Below, in pieces: positions 27,191-32,000 of a stretch of 32,000 nucleotides of DNA (position 1 is the first letter of the stretch; each line of letters starts with the position of its first letter). The position numbers were made by a program, and so were the translations under genes. Source of the stretch: Nanoarchaeum equitans Kin4-M (GTDB taxonomy: Archaea > Nanobdellota > Nanobdellia > Nanobdellales > Nanoarchaeaceae); contig AE017199.1 in NCBI GenBank assembly GCA_000008085.1, forward strand, positions 420,001-452,000, written 5' to 3'. The notes beneath the pieces were generated by a model. That model was not told the origin of the DNA. It did no database searches and was given only the letters and a program-made list of their open reading frames with translations.

Positions 27191-29789
27191 AAATTTTTTC
27201 CACATTTAATTTTCCTCCTTCAGATTTTTGTACAGCTATTCCATCTTCTCCCCAAATAAATTGGTATATGTTACCAAAAGTGTCTCTAACGGTTCTATCA
27301 TTTTCTACATATAGATCTCTTAATACTGAGACCAACCTTCTATATAGATAACCGCTCTTTGGTGTTCTTAAAGTTGTATCCATTAGTGCATCTTTACCAG
27401 ATGCAGCATGGAAGAAGAACTCTATTGGGTCTAACCCATCTGCAAAACCATGTTCTACAAAACCCCTAGCTTTTGCGCTTTTGTCCCCTTTCTTAAAGTG
27501 GGGCAATACCCTATCTTTATAACCTTCTTCCATTCTTCTTCCAGAAATTGATTGTTGGCCAACCAATCCTACAACTTGTATTAAGTTTAATAGCTTACCT
27601 CTTGCTCCAGATTTAGCTAAAATCATTGTACCTTTAGTTGGGTCTACATGTTTCTCTATTACCTCTCCAACTTCGTCTCTAGCTTTGTTTAGAACTTTCA
27701 ATATTTCTATTTCTAATGTTTCCTCTATAGTTCTACCAGGCAATGGTTTTATTTCTCCTTTTTTGTATCTCTCAATCAAATTATCTACTTCTTTTTTGGC
27801 TTTTTCAATAATTTTTCTTATTTGTTCTTTAACTTCTTTTGGAATATCGATATCGGAAAAACTAATAGTTAATTGCTCTCTAGTCAAATAATTAACAGAC
27901 AACCTGGTTACATCGCTAAGCCATTTGAATGTAAATTCAGGGCCATATCTTTCAAATAATTCTCTAATTAGTTTTCCCTTTTCTACACCAACTATTTCTT
28001 TGTCTATTACTCCTTTTAATAGTATGCCATTTTTTATAACAAATTCTCCATTTTTTGTTTTTATTTCGAAATCTAAATCATCTGGCAACAAAGCAGAAAA
28101 TACTTCTTTGCCAGTCAAATAATCTCTTCCCTCCTTTTTGGCTTTTTCTACTAGTTTTAATATTTTGTCTTTTCCAAAATATTTGCAATTGTATTCAATT
28201 AATTGTATTGCATCTTTGAAAGGAATTTTATCTTTTAAGGATAACAAATATAGCCCTGTAATTATGTCTTCTGTGGCTCCAATAATGGCTAACCCATACC
28301 TTGGAGTAACTATATGTTCTCTAACATTTGCTAAAAATTCTATTTCTGTTTTACCTTCGTAGTTTTGTACTAAATGGTAATTCATTTCATCTCCATCAAA
28401 ATCAGCATTGTATGGGGTAGTAGTTGCAGGGTTTAGCCTAAATGTTTTGCCTGGCAATATAACAGATCTATGCCCCATCATAGACATTTTATGCAAAGAT
28501 GGTTGTCTATTGAACAAAGCGTAATCGCCATTAATAATATGTCTCTCAACAACCCAACCTGGCTCTAATCTTTCGGCTAATTCTTCTTTATTTTCTTCCA
28601 TTATTTTGAATCTCCTACCATTGGGGTCTATAACATAGTTTGCCCCATCTAAAGATTCGGGTCCATTCAATACTTTTTGTTTTAGCCAATCCAAATTCCA
28701 TTCTGTTACTATTTCAGGGAATGTTAACTCTTTCGCTACTTGTTCTGGTACACCAACTTCGTCTATATCTATTCTTGGGTCTACACTAATTACTCCCCTC
28801 GCAGAAAAGTTAACTCTCTTTCCAGCTAAGTTTCTCCTTAGCCTACCTTCCTTTCCTTTTATTCTTTGTAACAAACCTTTTAATGGTCTCCCACTTCTAT
28901 GCCTAGCTTTTGGTACATTAGGTAATTCGTTATCGAAATAGGTAGCAACATGGTATTGAAGCATTTCCCAGTTTTCTTCTAAAATTGGCTCTGGTGCTCC
29001 ATAGGATAATAATTCTTCAATCCTATTATTAATCCTAACTATATCTGCTATTTTATGAGTTAAATCGTCTTCACTTCTTTCTCCGGTTTCTAATATTATA
29101 GATGGCCTAGCCGTAACTGGGGGCACTAATATAACAGTTAAAACTAGCCATTCTGGCCTTCCATTTATTATGCCAAACAATTTAGCATCTTCGTCTGGTA
29201 TTTTTTCTAACCATTGCCTTACATCTAAAGGAGTTAGTTTAACCCATTCTTCTTTATCGCCTATCTTTTCTTTTATATAGAAATACCATGGTTTTTCGAA
29301 TTTTATTTCTTTTAGTTCTGCATTACAGTATGGGCATTTCTTATGCTTTTTCCTGTATTCATTTATTTTCGGAATTACTGTGGATTGGATGAAATTGCTT
29401 AACTCATCATATTTGCCTTCATTAATATATTCGTTTATCTTTTTTAGGAATTGTTCTTTAAGCTTTTGAGGTATTATTGCTCTTCCACATTTTGGGCATG
29501 TGTATTGTAATAATCTTTTTATTTCGTTTAGGAATTTTACATGGTATACAGGGCGAGCCAATTCTATCCTACCAAAATGTCCTAAGCATTCACCATATTT
29601 GCCCCCACAGGTTTTACATCTTAAACCAGGGTCAATGACACCCATCCTAGGATCCATGGGGCCATTTTCTATTGGGAGACCATCCCTATCGTATGGCTCT
29701 GGTATTTTAACTTCAACAACAGACAGTTTCCTTATAACTTCTGGATCCAAAGGTCTAAGATCTATTAAACCTAACTTTTTTATTTCCAC
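27177..29789 (-). CDS. rpo1N: DNA-directed RNA polymerase subunit Rpo1N (A')
   Basis: CRTCGGKYGECLGHFGRIEL zinc site; NADFDGDEMNYH catalytic loop; RRLRRNLAGKRVNFSARGVISVDPR; ends in typical A' C-terminal region. Confidence 0.96.
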   Translation of the reverse strand: MEIKKLGLIDLRPLDPEVIRKLSVVEVKIPEPYDRDGLPIENGPMDPRMGVIDPGLRCKTCGGKYGECLGHFGRIELARPVYHVKFLNEIKRLLQYTCPKCGRAIIPQKLKEQFLKKINEYINEGKYDELSNFIQSTVIPKINEYRKKHKKCPYCNAELKEIKFEKPWYFYIKEKIGDKEEWVKLTPLDVRQWLEKIPDEDAKLFGIINGRPEWLVLTVILVPPVTARPSIILETGERSEDDLTHKIADIVRINNRIEELLSYGAPEPILEENWEMLQYHVATYFDNELPNVPKARHRSGRPLKGLLQRIKGKEGRLRRNLAGKRVNFSARGVISVDPRIDIDEVGVPEQVAKELTFPEIVTEWNLDWLKQKVLNGPESLDGANYVIDPNGRRFKIMEENKEELAERLEPGWVVERHIINGDYALFNRQPSLHKMSMMGHRSVILPGKTFRLNPATTTPYNADFDGDEMNYHLVQNYEGKTEIEFLANVREHIVTPRYGLAIIGATEDIITGLYLLSLKDKIPFKDAIQLIEYNCKYFGKDKILKLVEKAKKEGRDYLTGKEVFSALLPDDLDFEIKTKNGEFVIKNGILLKGVIDKEIVGVEKGKLIRELFERYGPEFTFKWLSDVTRLSVNYLTREQLTISFSDIDIPKEVKEQIRKIIEKAKKEVDNLIERYKKGEIKPLPGRTIEETLEIEILKVLNKARDEVGEVIEKHVDPTKGTMILAKSGARGKLLNLIQVVGLVGQQSISGRRMEEGYKDRVLPHFKKGDKSAKARGFVEHGFADGLDPIEFFFHAASGKDALMDTTLRTPKSGYLYRRLVSVLRDLYVENDRTVRDTFGNIYQFIWGEDGIAVQKSEGGKLNVEKIFKEQ

Positions 29790-29824
29790 TCGAAAGTATT
29801 TATTAGGGAATTAAAGCCTTTCAT

Positions 29825-30592
29825 ATGAGAATTAGGTTGCCTTTGTATAAACCTATTAAAGAAGTGGCAGAAGATTATTATAACAAAGCCAAAAAAATTA
29901 AAGAAAAAATTGAAAGAGCCAAAGCTTTGTTAAATGAAGAACTAAAAAAAGAAGAAAGAAAAAAGAAAGAAATAAAAAAGGAATGGTTTATGAAGTATAG
30001 ATTTACTTTTACTGAAAGCGGTTTTTTAGTTATTGGAGGAAAGGATGCTAACCAAAATGAAAGAATAATGAAAGTTTATAGAAAGGATGGCGATTTGGTA
30101 TTCCATGCCGATATACATGGGGCACCATTCGCTTTAATGTTATTGAATAACCCCAATGCAGATAGCGTTGAAGAAGTTATAGAAAAATATAAAATAACGG
30201 AAACCGATTTAATGCAAGCAGCAGGTTTAAGTGCTGTATATTCTAAAGCATGGCAAGAAGGCTTAGCTTCGATAGATGTTTTCTATGTTTTGGGCAAGCA
30301 AATCTCTAAAAAAGCTCCTTCTGGAGAATATCTAAAGCATGGTTCCTTTATGGTTTATGGCAAAAAACATTATATTAGGGTGCCTTTGAGATTATACATA
30401 GTAGAAAAAGAAAAGGTCTATGCTGTGCCTTCCATTTATAATGGGGACAAATACATAGAATTAATTCCTGGCGATATTAAGAAAGAAAAGATAGCGAAAA
30501 AAATTGCAGAATTATTAAATGTTAGCGAAGATTACATAAAATCGCTTTTGCCTTCAGGTTATTTCAGAATTACCAAGATTAAAAATATTTGA
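29825..30592 (+). CDS. NFACT-R (DUF814) protein: C-terminal half of an NFACT/NEMF/RqcH-type protein
   Basis: EWFMKYRFTFTESGFLVIGGKDANQNERIMKVYRKDGDLVFHADIHGAPFALM...YSKAWQEGLASIDVFYVLGKQISKKAPSGEYLKHGSFMVYGKKHYI; no NFACT-N domain upstream. Confidence 0.85.
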   Translation: MRIRLPLYKPIKEVAEDYYNKAKKIKEKIERAKALLNEELKKEERKKKEIKKEWFMKYRFTFTESGFLVIGGKDANQNERIMKVYRKDGDLVFHADIHGAPFALMLLNNPNADSVEEVIEKYKITETDLMQAAGLSAVYSKAWQEGLASIDVFYVLGKQISKKAPSGEYLKHGSFMVYGKKHYIRVPLRLYIVEKEKVYAVPSIYNGDKYIELIPGDIKKEKIAKKIAELLNVSEDYIKSLLPSGYFRITKIKNI

Positions 30593-32000
30593 TAGGCCAT
30601 TCTCTAATTTTATCTATGTCTTGGCCATACAAATCTCTTATATCATCTATTCCTAAAGCGATCATCGCTAATCTATTTATCCCAATACCGAAAGCTCCTA
30701 TTTTATGTTTTATACCAAAACTGTCTAATATTTGTTTTCTTAACATCCCTGCTCCAGCAACTTCTACCCAGCCCAATTTACTATGGTATGCATATACTTC
30801 TACGGATGGCTCCGTAAATGGGAAAAACGCAGGGAATAGTTTTATTTTCTCAAACCCTAATGCTTTTAGGATTTTTTCTATTTCTGTTTTTAATTGGGCC
30901 ATGTTTGAGCCAATAATTATTCCCTCTAATTGTTGAAACTCTATATGGTGGGTTTTGTCTATTGTATCTGGTCTCCAAACAGAGCCGATGTAAAAGTATT
31001 TGCCTTTCTCGTTATTTAGAATATCTCTTAAATTATATAAATTCCAAGCTGTAATTGCAGTATTTTGGCTTCTTAATATTGTTAGATGTGCTTCCTTTTC
31101 TAAATAGTTGCCAAAATATTGTAAATGTTTTTCTTTTACTTTTTCTTCTATGTCTTTTGGTACATCCAATTCGGGTTTTCCTTCTATTATAAAGGATTCT
31201 GCCAATTCTCTCGATGGATGGTCATAAGGAGTAAATAAAGCCTCGAAACACCAGAACATTGGGATTAATTCATATTCCATAGCATTTAGCTCTTTCCATC
31301 CGAGGTTTACCATTTTTTTCCTAACCCAATTTAAGTATTCTCTATAATAATGGGGCTTCCCTCCATAGTATTTTGGAAATTCCTTTATATTATAGGGAGC
31401 AATTGGCTTTTCTTTATATAATTTTTTCTGTAATACCTCTGTATCGATTTTATCTATTCCTTCTACAACATCTTTTGGAATTACTTCTATATAAAATCTT
31501 GTTTTGGTTTCTTCCTTTACTAAACCTCTTTTCTTTAAATAATCTAAATATTTGGTATCGATCTTTTTACCTAATTTTGCTTCTATTTCCTTTAAATTCG
31601 AAAGGTCTTTCTTTAACCCTTCGTTTATTGCTAATAATAAGGGTTCCCATGGGAATTCCTTTATCTCTCTCTTTAGTTTTATTTTCCCATCTTTTATTTC
31701 TATTAGATCTAAATTCTTTAATGCCCCAATTGCAATGGCTTTTTCTTCTTTGGTTAATGGTATTTGATCTAAAGGCAATTCCCCATGTAATTCTAATAAA
31801 GAATATAATTTTCTTTCAGGCAAATTCTTATAACTTTTTTTACCTTTTTCCGTTAAAACATAGTATGTATCTTTTTCTTCTTTAATTTTAACTAGGCCTT
31901 TTTGTTGCAAATTATATGCTATTTTTAGCAATTCTTCTTCATCCATCCCTAAAAGGTTCGCCAATTCATTAGAATACCCATTAATCAATTTTTTGTATAC
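30579..32000 (-). CDS. pheS: Phenylalanyl-tRNA synthetase alpha subunit (5' end beyond window)
   Basis: N-terminal winged helices; HPSRELAESFII, FYIGSVWRPDTIDKTHHIEFQQLEG, FPFTEPSVEVYAYH...WVEVAGAGMLR, GIGINRLAMIALGIDDIRDLY; frame remains open to base 32000. Confidence 0.95.
   Translation of the reverse strand, partial: VYKKLINGYSNELANLLGMDEEELLKIAYNLQQKGLVKIKEEKDTYYVLTEKGKKSYKNLPERKLYSLLELHGELPLDQIPLTKEEKAIAIGALKNLDLIEIKDGKIKLKREIKEFPWEPLLLAINEGLKKDLSNLKEIEAKLGKKIDTKYLDYLKKRGLVKEETKTRFYIEVIPKDVVEGIDKIDTEVLQKKLYKEKPIAPYNIKEFPKYYGGKPHYYREYLNWVRKKMVNLGWKELNAMEYELIPMFWCFEALFTPYDHPSRELAESFIIEGKPELDVPKDIEEKVKEKHLQYFGNYLEKEAHLTILRSQNTAITAWNLYNLRDILNNEKGKYFYIGSVWRPDTIDKTHHIEFQQLEGIIIGSNMAQLKTEIEKILKALGFEKIKLFPAFFPFTEPSVEVYAYHSKLGWVEVAGAGMLRKQILDSFGIKHKIGAFGIGINRLAMIALGIDDIRDLYGQDIDKIREWPIKYF

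Overview
This is a gene-dense, AT-rich archaeal window with no mobile element, CRISPR array or obvious defence island. It looks like a reduced, hyperthermophilic Nanoarchaeota-type (DPANN) genome. Evidence: an orphan 16S rRNA gene with no 23S in the window, mismatches in universal 16S primer sites, overlapping or abutting genes, many apparently leaderless starts, and several proteins present only as domain fragments. Recognisable genes: FtsZ (partial), CDC48-type AAA ATPase, S4e, PheT, S19, S3, TFE, Ca/Na-type antiporter, S15, L18e, a missed 39-aa Zn-ribbon protein, TrxB-like, Kae1/TsaD, AmrS-like radical SAM, TmcA (N-terminal part only), aIF5B, Nip7-like PUA protein, ThpR, CorA-like (C-terminal part only), Rpo1N, NFACT-R (C-terminal part only) and PheS (partial). 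RNA genes: tRNA-Arg(CCU), tRNA-Val(CAC), 16S rRNA, a probable trans-split tRNA-Glu(UUC) 5' half, and a strong single-hairpin H/ACA guide RNA candidate. The most interesting items are the tRNA-Glu half gene, the H/ACA sRNA, the 22-bp perfect stem plus hairpin-rich leader around the lone 16S, the split or truncated TmcA, NFACT and CorA genes, and a multi-TM/methyltransferase fusion. All identifications come from reading the sequence; no database searches were run.
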